Of a stretch of DNA of 64,000 nt, positions 44,624 to 55,952 are shown one piece after another. Position 1 is the first letter of the stretch; every line of letters begins with the position of its first letter. Source of the stretch: a virus; IMG/VR virus record IMGVR_UViG_3300044966_000489; one strand, given 5' to 3'. The notes beneath the pieces were generated by a model. It worked only from the letters and a program-made list of their open reading frames with translations, did not search any database and was not told the origin of the DNA. The position numbers and the translations under genes were made by a program.

Positions 44624-46831
44624 TTATTTAATCCACCACCATAGTTTTGTACTAATATTATTTGCTGTAGTTACAGCAGATGTTACCGAAGTAGTATAAG
44701 CTGACCAAACTATATTATCATCATATCCTACTTTGGCAGCGACATTTACATCACGATCTTGACCAGTATAGTTATCACTTGTTGTTGATATTCCAATAGC
44801 AAGAGTACCATCAGCATCAGCACCTGTACCTGCTTCAAAATCGCCAGTTCTAGTTAAATTAAATGCTCCGAATGGTCTACCAGCATACAATAAAGCTTCA
44901 TGAAATCTGCATAAGCCAACCACTGGGGCATTTGTAATTCCTGTATTTGAAACGTCTGCTGTAGGAGTAAAACCATAATCACTTAATCCGTTATATTTAT
45001 GAAAACTATTTTTTACAGAGAATTTTAAATTATAACTTAAATCAAAAGCTTTTAAAGATCCTCTTGGTAGTGATACATTGTTTCCATAACTACTATAGTA
45101 TTGAGTTCTACTAGCATCTGGTGCCCAAACTTCTTTCCATCTTACTTTTGTATTCCATTGATAATACCAATCTGCACTTGCGCTGCTTGTTACCGTAGTA
45201 GCAGCAGCAGAAGCTAAAATTCTAAAATGGTTAATTTTCATATTACCAAAATTAGAAGAAACACAATTCATTGCAGTAGTTCCAAAAACTGAATCGGAAC
45301 TATTTGCTTTTAAACTCCATTGATAATCAGTATCCCAACTTCCTACAAGCATCCAACCAGTTTGCCCATATTCATCTCTTGTAGTCATGTCACAATATAC
45401 TTGTTTTACACCATTTGAAGTAATTATATAATACAAGCCACTTGCGACATCTCCGCGTTTTCTAGTAATATCTAATGCAGAATAAGCGGGATTCGTCAGA
45501 GAAGATCCATAATTTGAATAGCGAGAAGCTTTTAGGATATATATGTTTTTGCTTACTAAATAATCGTTATAAACTTCAGAAGCATTTAATGCTTTTTTAT
45601 AGACTTTTACTTCTTGTATTTTTCCATGCAATAAAGAGGGTCCACAGTTATTTGCAATATAACCCATGTTTATAGCACCATCCCAAAAATATGAATTATT
45701 AGTTAAGGCAGAAGATGTAGAATCCAGAACACCATTTTTATAAATTCTTATTACAAAACCAGTATAAGTTATTACAATGTGAGTCCATTCATTTCTATTG
45801 ATTGTTGTGCTTGTTGATGTTCCTGTATCTGAAGAGGTATGAGTATTATCTGCTGCTGATCTTATTTGAGCTATTAAACTAGTTGTACTAGAGTTAGCAG
45901 ATGCACTAGTTAAGTATGCAAACAATCCTAAATAATAAGCACCCGGAAGGCCAGTTCCCGGCAATTCGAAAATAGTAATTCTTTTATCTCCGCATGCATT
46001 TAGAGGAAAATTACTAGAATTTGGTCTTAACCAAAATTGTAAACTAAAATCATATCTATTATCAATAATAGCTCCTGATGAGTTTTGTGCAGAACTGATA
46101 CTCATTGTATAGCTATTAATTCCATCAAATAATGGACCCTCATCATCAAACAACATAGATGTTAAATCTATGCTTTTATTATTTCCACTTAAATCGACTA
46201 AACCTCCACCGCCAGCTAAAGAATTTGTTCTTGCAGTAGTATTAAAAGCTGTTGGAAAATCAGCTTCTTCAAATTTAAAATTAGCAATATAAACATCCCC
46301 GGCTGGATTATCATCATTATAAGAAGGCAAAGTATAAGTTCCTCTGAAATATGAATAACTATCAACTGGAACATTTGTACAAATAATAGAATAACCAAAA
46401 GTCCATTTTCCCACTATAGTAAGATCAAAAGTACTATACATTTCAGTAGAAACATTATTATATATTCCAGATCCTCCTCTTGGAGTTCCAAAAAATCTAC
46501 TTGACGAAAGAGTAACGATATTTGGAGCCGTTTGATAATACCAAAAGCTTACTATATAAGTTTTGCCATAAGCAACGCTAAAATCACTTGCATTGCCCCA
46601 ATAATTATTTCCACTTACGAGTTTATAAACATCACTTTCTAATTTAAATGGCAATCTTCCTGCTCTTGGATAACTAGTAACTTTTAACCAACGGTCTCCT
46701 GAAAAACCTAAATAAACTCCATTAGCTAAATTTGCACTATCTGGTCCACGAAAACTTTTTGGATCATTTACATTATAATATAAGCTTAATCCTGTTCTTG
46801 ATATTTGTAAACCTTTATTAACTGTACTCAT
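44624..46831 (-). CDS. LamG-domain virion protein with a C-terminal fibrinogen-C-like domain
   Basis: 735 aa. LamG (WTHIVITY...IYKNG...VKVYKKALN) followed by SGLYYI...VYCDMTT...GWMLV, the fibrinogen-related motif. Confidence 0.65.
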   Translation of the reverse strand: MSTVNKGLQISRTGLSLYYNVNDPKSFRGPDSANLANGVYLGFSGDRWLKVTSYPRAGRLPFKLESDVYKLVSGNNYWGNASDFSVAYGKTYIVSFWYYQTAPNIVTLSSSRFFGTPRGGSGIYNNVSTEMYSTFDLTIVGKWTFGYSIICTNVPVDSYSYFRGTYTLPSYNDDNPAGDVYIANFKFEEADFPTAFNTTARTNSLAGGGGLVDLSGNNKSIDLTSMLFDDEGPLFDGINSYTMSISSAQNSSGAIIDNRYDFSLQFWLRPNSSNFPLNACGDKRITIFELPGTGLPGAYYLGLFAYLTSASANSSTTSLIAQIRSAADNTHTSSDTGTSTSTTINRNEWTHIVITYTGFVIRIYKNGVLDSTSSALTNNSYFWDGAINMGYIANNCGPSLLHGKIQEVKVYKKALNASEVYNDYLVSKNIYILKASRYSNYGSSLTNPAYSALDITRKRGDVASGLYYIITSNGVKQVYCDMTTRDEYGQTGWMLVGSWDTDYQWSLKANSSDSVFGTTAMNCVSSNFGNMKINHFRILASAAATTVTSSASADWYYQWNTKVRWKEVWAPDASRTQYYSSYGNNVSLPRGSLKAFDLSYNLKFSVKNSFHKYNGLSDYGFTPTADVSNTGITNAPVVGLCRFHEALLYAGRPFGAFNLTRTGDFEAGTGADADGTLAIGISTTSDNYTGQDRDVNVAAKVGYDDNIVWSAYTTSVTSAVTTANNISTKLWWWIK

Positions 46832-46832
46832 A

Positions 46833-48935
46833 TTATGGTAAATTATGTGTTTTCTTGTGAGCTATATAATTTTGATAAATTTCTTTTTCTGAAAATGCTT
46901 TTCTGTAAATGCTTTGCATATTGCAATAACCTTTAAATGGAGGATAAGCTAATGTTCCTCCACCATCCGCTTGACCTCCCAATCCAATATAAAAATTTCC
47001 AGTTATTCCATTAGCGTAAGTACTTCCAGTAGCAGCAGAATATTGACCTTGAGAAACGCCATTTAAATAAATAGTAAAACTATTGTTTACTGGATTATTG
47101 ACTACAGTTATTAAGTAATTTACGCCAGATGATATTGTTGGAACGGGTGTATTCTGATATCCACCAACAGTTGTTCTAACGTATCCAAATACAGTAATAA
47201 CTCCAGCGGGACTAATATTATAATAAATACAAATACCACCATATCCTGCTCTACCAAATAATACTCCATTTCTATATGGAATTGAAGCACTAATTGTTCC
47301 TGATCCAGTTGTTGTTAAATCAACGGCAGAGCCACCAGAACTAGTTGATACTTGAAAAGTATTAGACGTAGGATTAATTATATAGTATGGAACTACTGTA
47401 CTTGAATCTTGAAGTGGACTTGGCAACGAACCTCCTGAAACTGAAAAGCCAATTCTATCTCCTGCTACTAAATTATGGGTAACACTTGTTGTTATATAAT
47501 TTGTGGTAGTATTAACGCTTGATATTGTAAAAGATGTAGGCGAATAAACTCTTGGAGCATCAAAATTTACAATAGCTTCTATTGTAAATGCTTGAGATGG
47601 GTCAAGATTTGTGATATCAAATCCTGTATCAACATAAGTGCCAATTCCATTATAATAAATCCCATTAGTATCAAAAACACTATTATCAAGACTAGCATTA
47701 AATCTATTTCCACTTAAATCTATTAACCCGCCGCCGCCAGTAATAGTATTTGCTGTGCGAGAACCATTAACAAATGCGGTTTGATATTCTTTTTGTTCTA
47801 ATTGTATTTTTTCTACATAGAAAATATCTCCAATAGAAGGAACGCTCCATAACACTCCTACTTTAATAGTTGAACACCCTGCCGGTATTTTAAATTTACT
47901 GACCACCCAACCATCTGTAGTTCCAAAAGGTGCCCCAGTCCATAAGATATCTGTTCCACTGCTTACATTGTAAACATATAAATAAGCTTCTGCTGAACCA
48001 GATCTATAACCAAATGCACTAAGAGTATAAATAGAGCCAGCAGTTACGCTTATAGAATCAGAAAGAATACCCGGAGTACTACTGCCTTGGTTAGAAACTA
48101 CTTTTATATAAGTTTTTGAATTGATTGTCTCAATAGTAGTTGTTATATTTCCATTATTATTCCAACCTGTGGTTGAAGTAAAATCAGGATTTGATATTAG
48201 ATTTGTAGTCGTTTCTCCTCTATTGCTTAAGTTTGTCAAGTAATCATATTTAACCGCTGGAGTGACGTAAGCTTTTTGTTCAACTTGAAATTTTGCAATA
48301 TACATTGCTCCACTAGTTAATCTGTCATTGTAAATATACCAATTAGAAAAATACTTTACAGTAGAATCAAGTGCCCCATTATTCACGACAGCAACTACTC
48401 TAACCCATTTATTTAAATATGCTGTATTGTATGACCAGTTTTGATCAAGCACACCATTTACATAAAAATACCATCCATAAGATCCATAAAAAGAACTAAC
48501 AAATCCAGTTACAGAACTTGCAATATAAGTATTTATATATCCTGCAAGACCTCCATTGTATCCATTATAAACTTGAGTTAAATAAGCATAAAATGAAAAA
48601 ACAAGATAAGGACCAGATATAGGAATAAGAGAGCCAGAAGTTAACCCTCCATTGTTGTTGTATAAAATAGTATTATTAGAAAAAGCAGGATTAGTAACTT
48701 GATGATATAAAACGCCTCCGCTAGGTACATTTTTGAAAAAATTACCATCACTTAAGTCTTCTGAAAAAGATGGATATGAGGTAGCTACAGTTAAACTTCC
48801 TCCTTGTGCGCCAATAGAAATAGCATTAGCTAAATTAGAAGTAGCTTCTCCCCTAAAGCCTTGAATAACTTTACTGTTGTAATAAAACAGCAAATTATCT
48901 TTAACTATTCCTATGTTTCCCTGCTTGACGCTCAT
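46833..48935 (-). CDS. LamG-type virion protein with inserted carbohydrate-binding-like modules
   Basis: 700 aa. Paralogous framework to the 735-aa gene (FRG...NLAN; GGGLxDLSGN). Contains NLISNPDF...YTLSA...IQLEQK CBM-like segments. Confidence 0.6.
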   Translation of the reverse strand: MSVKQGNIGIVKDNLLFYYNSKVIQGFRGEATSNLANAISIGAQGGSLTVATSYPSFSEDLSDGNFFKNVPSGGVLYHQVTNPAFSNNTILYNNNGGLTSGSLIPISGPYLVFSFYAYLTQVYNGYNGGLAGYINTYIASSVTGFVSSFYGSYGWYFYVNGVLDQNWSYNTAYLNKWVRVVAVVNNGALDSTVKYFSNWYIYNDRLTSGAMYIAKFQVEQKAYVTPAVKYDYLTNLSNRGETTTNLISNPDFTSTTGWNNNGNITTTIETINSKTYIKVVSNQGSSTPGILSDSISVTAGSIYTLSAFGYRSGSAEAYLYVYNVSSGTDILWTGAPFGTTDGWVVSKFKIPAGCSTIKVGVLWSVPSIGDIFYVEKIQLEQKEYQTAFVNGSRTANTITGGGGLIDLSGNRFNASLDNSVFDTNGIYYNGIGTYVDTGFDITNLDPSQAFTIEAIVNFDAPRVYSPTSFTISSVNTTTNYITTSVTHNLVAGDRIGFSVSGGSLPSPLQDSSTVVPYYIINPTSNTFQVSTSSGGSAVDLTTTGSGTISASIPYRNGVLFGRAGYGGICIYYNISPAGVITVFGYVRTTVGGYQNTPVPTISSGVNYLITVVNNPVNNSFTIYLNGVSQGQYSAATGSTYANGITGNFYIGLGGQADGGGTLAYPPFKGYCNMQSIYRKAFSEKEIYQNYIAHKKTHNLP

Positions 48936-48946
48936 ATTTTATTATA

Positions 48947-49222
48947 TTAAGAAGAAGGCAAAAAGACTTTTCCTATTACTGGATTATTTGCAGTTTGGAA
49001 TCTTGTAATAATCGCATCAATTTGTGGTTTTAATTTATTAAATGCCATTTGGCAGATCTCTTCTTCAGTTAAATTATTGGTCTCAGAGAATGGCAAAGTA
49101 TGTTCAATATTTGTATATTTGCTAGAATTAGTGTCCGTGATTAAAAATCCTACAATAGTAGAATTTGGAGATTCACTTGGGCATAACTCATATTTGTATA
49201 TTTTATATTCGATATTTTCCAT
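48947..49222 (-). CDS. Small hypothetical protein, fibre-associated by position
   Basis: 91 aa ORF tightly packed between the fibre and LamG genes. Confidence 0.5.
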   Translation of the reverse strand: MENIEYKIYKYELCPSESPNSTIVGFLITDTNSSKYTNIEHTLPFSETNNLTEEEICQMAFNKLKPQIDAIITRFQTANNPVIGKVFLPSS

Positions 49223-49228
49223 AGAATT

Positions 49229-52200
49229 TTATTTATATAATGGGATGTAAACTGTGTCTCCGGGACTAAGTGCGCCAGTTTGAATTGGCAACCAACCAAC
49301 AAATGTTTTGCCAGCCGTTCCTCCTGCTGCTCCTGCTAATAATGCAGTTTCCACTCTTAAAACAGGGTTAAAGCTATCGCCTTTAATATGTAATCTTGCG
49401 GCATTTGGAGTTACGTTGCCAATTCCAACGTTTGCAGATGTGCTAATTTCAATAGCTTTTGTACCATTTAAGCCTAAGTATCCATAATCTCCAATACCGT
49501 CTCCGCCATTAACATAAAACTGCATTGGTTGAGCGGTACAAGCTATTCTTGCAACACCATCGCCAATAGCAAAAGAAAGTATTTGATTCGCTACTGCTGA
49601 ATTTCTTTCTACTAATCTTAAAGTAGTTACGTCATCTTGTTGTATAACTGCTGTATCATAAAGTCTAGCATTTACAGATTGAACGCCATTATTTACAATA
49701 AATGGCCTGTTTGAACTAGAATAAGAAGGCGTACCAACATGAAGTCTTCCGCTTGGACTTAAAGTGCCAATTCCTACATTATCTCCAAATAGAATAGCAT
49801 TTCCTTGATTATTTACATATAAAGGCTTGGAACCCCAGCTTTGAATATAGGCATAAGAACCATCTGCGCCCAAAGTTAAATCAGTATTATTACTATTTCC
49901 AATTGCGGCTGCATATGTATTTTTTGAAGTTGTAGTAAGAGCGGCTGCGAGAACAGTTAATCTAGATGTCGCGCTATCTGTTCCAACAGCGAGACTTGCT
50001 CCACTTATATAGCAGTCTATTGCCCTTGTAGATCTAATTGAAGATTTCCAATGAACAGAGTCATCCCATAGAGTAACAGCACTTGCAACATTCCAAGAAC
50101 CTGCACCGTCATTTGAAGCGTACCATTTAGTTCCTCCACCCGGAGACATTACAAATAACTGATTATTACTATTAGCATTATGATGAGTCCAAGTTCCTTC
50201 TCTATAATATATTCCTGCGCTTAAATAAACTTCAGAATCCCAAGGAAGGATTCCATAAGCCGCCATACTAGAATTTTTTCTAACAACAATTGCTGAATTA
50301 GAAGTGCCATTTGTGTCAATAGAAATACCAGAAGCTCCTGCAAAATCTGTACCAATTGTTAATCTGGAACTAGGAGCAGCAGTTGAAGTAGCTAAACCTA
50401 AATTACCTCTTTGAGAAATGGCAAATTGTCTATTGACCCCTCCGCTTACATTCCAAACCGCAAATGTAGAATTTTCATCTGCACCAATTCCTCCTTGGCC
50501 AGTAGCACTAGCCGTTCTTCCTAGAACTAATTGAATAGAAGCACTTGCTGCGTTTATTTGCGCTCCATAGTTTACTCTCTTATTAGCAATAGCAACTCCA
50601 ACACCTAACTCATCAGCAACATAAAGATCAGCACCAACAGTAAGATTAGTACCAGCACTAATACTTGTACCTGCGCTTATACTTCCTGTAAAGGTTCTAT
50701 TGCCGGGGTGATAAACTTTTATAATTTTCCATCCAGAAATACGACAGGCTCTTGTTCCAGTTCCTGCTGTATAATTGAATAAAGCTTGAGGAGTCCAATA
50801 TTTTGTACCAGATACAAATTGACCAACTGAGCTTCCAAATCCAGTAATATAACCACTTACTTTAGTCCAACTAGTACCGGGACTATAATTACTCATTACC
50901 CAATAACCATAAGAACCGGGATTGCCTCCTAAACTACTAAAATTGTGATCGAAATCTTGGCTTCCCATGTAGTGACCTTGATTTGTTCCTACATTTTGAA
51001 TCCAACATTCCATGTAGAAAATATCACTAGTGTCTACTGGAATATAAGGGAAGCCAGAATCAGCAAATCCACCAACATTAGCTGATCCATCAATATAAAT
51101 ACAATAACCCCCGGGAGCATCAGCTACTGCTACCCAAGTGACACTACTACTATTAAAATATTTTTGAAGTTCAGCTTGGCTCCATGTGGGGTCTATTTCA
51201 AATACCGTTTCTCCGGGAGAATAGTGGCCAAGCGGATAACCTTCAGAATTACTAATTCTACTATTCGTTCTTAGGATTCCACCTCTAACGTCTAGTTTTT
51301 CGGCTGGATTTGTTGTATTTATTCCTATAGTATTAGCAACATATAAATTACCATTTCCAATAGTAGAAGAAGCAAACGAGCTTCCTAAACTATATCCAAC
51401 ACCAATACTTTTATCTACTGTAAAATTACCCCAACCATCTGATCTAAGTAAACCTTGCTGACTTACATCTGATCTTGAAGTGTTAATTATCGTTCCTTCT
51501 GTATCTTTTACATAATAAATATAGTTACCTGCACCGTCTGCGCCTAACTTTATATTTCCACGAACATCTAATTTTTGTGAGGGATTTGTTGTTCCAATAC
51601 CAACATTACCATTACCATCAATTATCATGTCGGTATTAACGCCTCTATTAAATTTTAAAACAGCAGCGGCGAAATTTCTTGTAATTCTTGCTTCTTCAGT
51701 ACCAGCAATATCATAATATAGTTCTAAATTTGAAGTACTATTCCATCTGCCAAATTTAGTTCTAGATACATATGTTGAAACGTATTCATTCAATATACCC
51801 ATATGATATGTGGCGTCTAAATCTGTTATAAATGAACCACCATTATCATATACATGAAGTTTACTACTAGGACTTGTAGTACCTATACCGACACTACCTT
51901 CAACAATTAATCCATTCGCTGGAGCAGATACATTGTAGCTATTTGAGCCAATGCTCGCGGCTCCAATTACTGATAATTTATTTGCTGGGTTACTCGTACC
52001 AACACCAATTTTATTATTAATTAAAACGAAGTCTCCACTTCCATATTGCCCAGCGACAACCCTATCATCAGCAAAGACTTCTAGGACTGGAAGACCTGCG
52101 GAATTGTTTACTGACATTAACGAATCACTGAGGTCATCAACGACTGAGAATAGGGTTCCGTTTGTACCGTCTGTTCTAAAAACTGTTTCGCCAGCGACAG

Positions 52201-55200
52201 AAGAAACGACATGAAGTTTACCTGTTGGATTTGTCGTTCCAATTCCAACATAAGATCCGGGTTTGATCTTGATTGCGGTTTCCCAAGCATTTCCTGCGGT
52301 ATTCCCTATGTTAAGATTTAAATTATCTGTATAAGAACCCGGATATAAATCAGTTACAAGTTGAACATAACTTAAAGCCCTTAGATATCCCCCTGCAATT
52401 AATGCTCCATCTGTTCTAAGAGTATCTTCCGCGCCACGATAAAGATTAGCTTGAGCATCTGCACCAAATGTTATGCCACTTGCTGCTGTTGTAGAACCCG
52501 CACCACCAACTGACAAGAGAGTAGTTGGAGAAGCCGTTCCTATTCCAAGTTTACCTGCCGCATTTAGTGTCATCAAATTAGTACCGTCACCATAACCTTT
52601 TCCACCTTTGTTCCACTCATATGATCTACTAGCAACAGAATTGGTGTTATCAATTTGAAACACTAAATTATATTTTGCACTTATTACCGCATTATCGTCA
52701 TTATTAAAACCTATACTAGATGCTGTAGTATTTGGTACTTGACCAATTTGCAAAAGACCACCGTTAGTAGTTGATGTCGTAGTCCTAATTAATACATTAC
52801 CAGCAGAATTGATTCTTACTCTTTCCGTTCCGCTAGTCACAAAAGCTATATCAGGATAAGGTCCAGTATCTCTATAAGTAGCATCAATTGTAGCTAATGA
52901 AGCATTTGTATAAAGATGTAAAGCTCTATCAAAACTAGCATTTCCCGGCTCTTGGATTACTAAACCTACATTTGATGATTTTTGCTTAATAAAAACCATT
53001 GCACTTGTCCCAGTGCTTGAAGGCCAATCCCCTCCAAGACCAACATGTAATGGAGCTAATGGAGAAGTTGTCCCAATACCAACATTACCACCATCTCCTT
53101 TGATGGTCATACGAGTAGTCATCGTCCCTGCTACATTTTGTCTAAATCGTATGTCTCCGTAAACTTGTGCAGCACTTACTGGATAGGTATTATCTATAGA
53201 AGAGATAGCACTGTTTGCATTATAAATTAAATTTAATCCGTGTGTTTCAGAATTATTGTAACTTATTTTAATTCCATGATCATCCGCACTTGTATTATTA
53301 ATTCTAACAAATGGATTGGCACCATGTACATTTAACAACGTGCTAGGACTTGTTGTGCCTATACCAACATTGCCTCCAAGTGGTGCTAAAATTATATTCC
53401 TATCATTGTCAACAGCAATATCTGTTGCTTGAATCCATCCATATCCTCCATCTGCGCTAATACCGAAATTGAGTTGAGTAGGACCTACACCGGGGCCTCT
53501 AATTTTTAGCATACCCGCATTGTCATCAGGAGTTCCGTAACTGCCTACTATGTCTAATTTTTGAGTAGGACTTGTTGTACCTATACCAATATTCCCATCA
53601 TATTGAGCCGTAAAAACTTGATGCATATTAGTGTCAGCTTTTCTGACAGAAATGCCAAAATTACTTAACCAATAACTTGTTGCATCAACCTTATAACCAG
53701 CCAACCTTACAGAAGAATGATCATTTTGAACTAATTCAATTACCGCAGGTATATTTAATCCAGTTTGATAATTTACTACTTGTATATTTGAAATATTACC
53801 GGCAGAATTACTATTCCAAGTGCTAGTATTTTTGTTATCATATAAAACCAATTTATTAGGTGGATTTGCTACATTTATACCAACATTACCAATTTCATTT
53901 AAATATAATGCATTTTGTACGCCTGACGGATGAAATGCTATAGGTCCAATAGTTGTATAAATGTTAAGAGAGTCAACTCCTCCCCAACCCGCATTGCTTC
54001 TATTTTTAAAAATTTGAGCGTTACCGTTGCTTGTTACTAAGAAGAGATCAGTATATAATGTATTATTAGTACTTCCTAAAAAGAATTCAAGAGAAGTTTG
54101 ATTATTGTAAAATCTTCCAATGTTTTTGTTAGTATCATAAACATCCAATCTATAAGCAGGATCTGTTGAGCCTATGCCAACGTGACCATTAGCATATTGA
54201 ATTATCATTCTAGTTATAGAATTAGTACTATCTCTAAAATGCAAATCACCATCCGCATTAACAGTATAAGTCTTATCTGTTGTACCAATGTACCATCTGC
54301 TTGTATCTCCTAAAAATAGACCTTCGTTTGGACCACCTTCTATATTTATTGAAGTGCCTATAGAAAGACTCTCCATGAAGTTGCTAGTGCTAGTAGAATA
54401 AAATCCGCCAGCAGCGACTAATTGAGAATCTGTTTTTATTTGAGAAGCCGTGCTTCTGTATAGATTAGCGACAGCATCTCCTCCAAGTGTTATACCGCTT
54501 GCTGGGGCTGTTGAACCTACTCCGCCAATATTTAAAAGAGAACTTGTAGTTCTTGTGCCGATTAAAACTCTTGATCCGCTTATTGCAAAATTTAAATTAC
54601 TAAGATGATCTTCTACAGATAAAGAATAATTTGATGAGTGATCTCTAATTCTTAAACCGGCGTTTGAACTTAATTGATTTGCTGCGGATACGTTATTACC
54701 TCTTTCTAATAAAATTATATTTGTAGCCGCTGGATTTGTGAATAATTCAGAAAAATAGCCAATAGGCTGAGAAGTGTTTGAATTTCTAGTAACATTTAAT
54801 CTTCCTGTGACAATAGTAGTTCCAATACCAACATTTGCACCATTTGGATTTAATAACAATGGATAGTTTGCACTTAAATCTGTTTCGTCCGTGGATTGAA
54901 TCCAAGCACCATTTCCGCCAGCCCTTATGCCAAAATCTAGGACAGCATTGTCTGTAGTATTGCTTATTCTGAAAATTCCACTTTGAGTTGTGGCAATAGA
55001 AGCAGGATTTCCAACTGTACCTTCAATTTGAAGTTTTTGTACAGGTCTTGTCGTGCCAACGCCAACATTACTAGCATAACCAACCGACATTATTACATCA
55101 GCTACTAGATTAGCTGATCTATTAATAGCAAAGTCTATTCTTGTGTCTGTATTACTATTCCAATAAGGAGTAATTTGAGCGCGATAACCAGTAGTAGTAT

Positions 55201-55948
55201 CATATCTTAATTGAATACCCTGCCCTTGAGTAGAAGCAATGTCTAAATTAAAAAGAGCAGTTTGTAGATTTCCTAAACCTAAAAAACCATTATTTCTAAG
55301 AACGAAAATATTACTTCCATTTGTATTTCCATTATAAGCAATATTTAAAAAGTTAGTATCAAGACCAACAGAATAAAAAACTCCACCATTTCTTTGAAGT
55401 CTTACTACTTCAGAAAAAGCTCCCTGAGCATTATTAATATGCAAACCTCCAGAAGGCAATACCGTTCCAATTCCAACGCATCCATCTCTACTTATAGCAA
55501 AATCAGTATTGTCTGTAACTCCAGCTCTAGTACTTCTAAGTATTTCAAATTGTGAATTGTAATTTCCACCATTTCCAGCCCTTGCAACTGTTCCCAATTT
55601 CCATTTCCAAGCATCGCCAAGATTAACAGAGTAATCCTCAACAGAATCAAATTGCAAATAAGCTTTTAAAGCACCCGTTGTCAAATTGAATCCAGCAAAT
55701 GGAAATCTTAAGTATTGACCATATGAGCTATTGTAAACATCATGCCCTACAACAACATTTCCAGATACTTGTAGTTTTTCTGCGGGAGCGGTTGTATTTA
55801 TTCCAACGTTTCCAGCAGAAGTCACATAAAGTCTATTTACATCATTAGTTTTTATTGAAATAGGCTGCGAGTCAGATGTCCTGACTGTCAGCGTCCCTGC
55901 TGTTGAATTTACATCATTAGATGCTGGTGTAATTACGATATCGCCCAT
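49229..55948 (-). CDS. Long tail fibre-like protein built from GNVGIGTTxP repeats
   Basis: 2239 aa with about 20 copies of G-[NK]-[VI]-G-[IV]-G-T-x-x-P separating variable 50-150 aa modules. Confidence 0.75.
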   Translation of the reverse strand: MGDIVITPASNDVNSTAGTLTVRTSDSQPISIKTNDVNRLYVTSAGNVGINTTAPAEKLQVSGNVVVGHDVYNSSYGQYLRFPFAGFNLTTGALKAYLQFDSVEDYSVNLGDAWKWKLGTVARAGNGGNYNSQFEILRSTRAGVTDNTDFAISRDGCVGIGTVLPSGGLHINNAQGAFSEVVRLQRNGGVFYSVGLDTNFLNIAYNGNTNGSNIFVLRNNGFLGLGNLQTALFNLDIASTQGQGIQLRYDTTTGYRAQITPYWNSNTDTRIDFAINRSANLVADVIMSVGYASNVGVGTTRPVQKLQIEGTVGNPASIATTQSGIFRISNTTDNAVLDFGIRAGGNGAWIQSTDETDLSANYPLLLNPNGANVGIGTTIVTGRLNVTRNSNTSQPIGYFSELFTNPAATNIILLERGNNVSAANQLSSNAGLRIRDHSSNYSLSVEDHLSNLNFAISGSRVLIGTRTTSSLLNIGGVGSTAPASGITLGGDAVANLYRSTASQIKTDSQLVAAGGFYSTSTSNFMESLSIGTSINIEGGPNEGLFLGDTSRWYIGTTDKTYTVNADGDLHFRDSTNSITRMIIQYANGHVGIGSTDPAYRLDVYDTNKNIGRFYNNQTSLEFFLGSTNNTLYTDLFLVTSNGNAQIFKNRSNAGWGGVDSLNIYTTIGPIAFHPSGVQNALYLNEIGNVGINVANPPNKLVLYDNKNTSTWNSNSAGNISNIQVVNYQTGLNIPAVIELVQNDHSSVRLAGYKVDATSYWLSNFGISVRKADTNMHQVFTAQYDGNIGIGTTSPTQKLDIVGSYGTPDDNAGMLKIRGPGVGPTQLNFGISADGGYGWIQATDIAVDNDRNIILAPLGGNVGIGTTSPSTLLNVHGANPFVRINNTSADDHGIKISYNNSETHGLNLIYNANSAISSIDNTYPVSAAQVYGDIRFRQNVAGTMTTRMTIKGDGGNVGIGTTSPLAPLHVGLGGDWPSSTGTSAMVFIKQKSSNVGLVIQEPGNASFDRALHLYTNASLATIDATYRDTGPYPDIAFVTSGTERVRINSAGNVLIRTTTSTTNGGLLQIGQVPNTTASSIGFNNDDNAVISAKYNLVFQIDNTNSVASRSYEWNKGGKGYGDGTNLMTLNAAGKLGIGTASPTTLLSVGGAGSTTAASGITFGADAQANLYRGAEDTLRTDGALIAGGYLRALSYVQLVTDLYPGSYTDNLNLNIGNTAGNAWETAIKIKPGSYVGIGTTNPTGKLHVVSSVAGETVFRTDGTNGTLFSVVDDLSDSLMSVNNSAGLPVLEVFADDRVVAGQYGSGDFVLINNKIGVGTSNPANKLSVIGAASIGSNSYNVSAPANGLIVEGSVGIGTTSPSSKLHVYDNGGSFITDLDATYHMGILNEYVSTYVSRTKFGRWNSTSNLELYYDIAGTEEARITRNFAAAVLKFNRGVNTDMIIDGNGNVGIGTTNPSQKLDVRGNIKLGADGAGNYIYYVKDTEGTIINTSRSDVSQQGLLRSDGWGNFTVDKSIGVGYSLGSSFASSTIGNGNLYVANTIGINTTNPAEKLDVRGGILRTNSRISNSEGYPLGHYSPGETVFEIDPTWSQAELQKYFNSSSVTWVAVADAPGGYCIYIDGSANVGGFADSGFPYIPVDTSDIFYMECWIQNVGTNQGHYMGSQDFDHNFSSLGGNPGSYGYWVMSNYSPGTSWTKVSGYITGFGSSVGQFVSGTKYWTPQALFNYTAGTGTRACRISGWKIIKVYHPGNRTFTGSISAGTSISAGTNLTVGADLYVADELGVGVAIANKRVNYGAQINAASASIQLVLGRTASATGQGGIGADENSTFAVWNVSGGVNRQFAISQRGNLGLATSTAAPSSRLTIGTDFAGASGISIDTNGTSNSAIVVRKNSSMAAYGILPWDSEVYLSAGIYYREGTWTHHNANSNNQLFVMSPGGGTKWYASNDGAGSWNVASAVTLWDDSVHWKSSIRSTRAIDCYISGASLAVGTDSATSRLTVLAAALTTTSKNTYAAAIGNSNNTDLTLGADGSYAYIQSWGSKPLYVNNQGNAILFGDNVGIGTLSPSGRLHVGTPSYSSSNRPFIVNNGVQSVNARLYDTAVIQQDDVTTLRLVERNSAVANQILSFAIGDGVARIACTAQPMQFYVNGGDGIGDYGYLGLNGTKAIEISTSANVGIGNVTPNAARLHIKGDSFNPVLRVETALLAGAAGGTAGKTFVGWLPIQTGALSPGDTVYIPLYK
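50491..50539. repeat. 49-nt exact direct repeat, second copy at 62258-62306, inside a shared ~80-codon fibre module
   Basis: ctccttggccagtagcactagccgttcttcctagaactaattgaataga occurs at both positions (encodes SIQLVLGRTASATGQG). Confidence 0.85.
51880..52550 (-). repeat. About 215-codon block shared with the second fibre gene (57890-58565)
   Basis: TTLLSVGGAGST...WETAIKIKPGSYVGIGTT...VVDDLSDSL...LPVLEVFADDR...APANGL is near-identical in both proteins. Confidence 0.85.
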
Positions 55949-55952
55949 ATTT

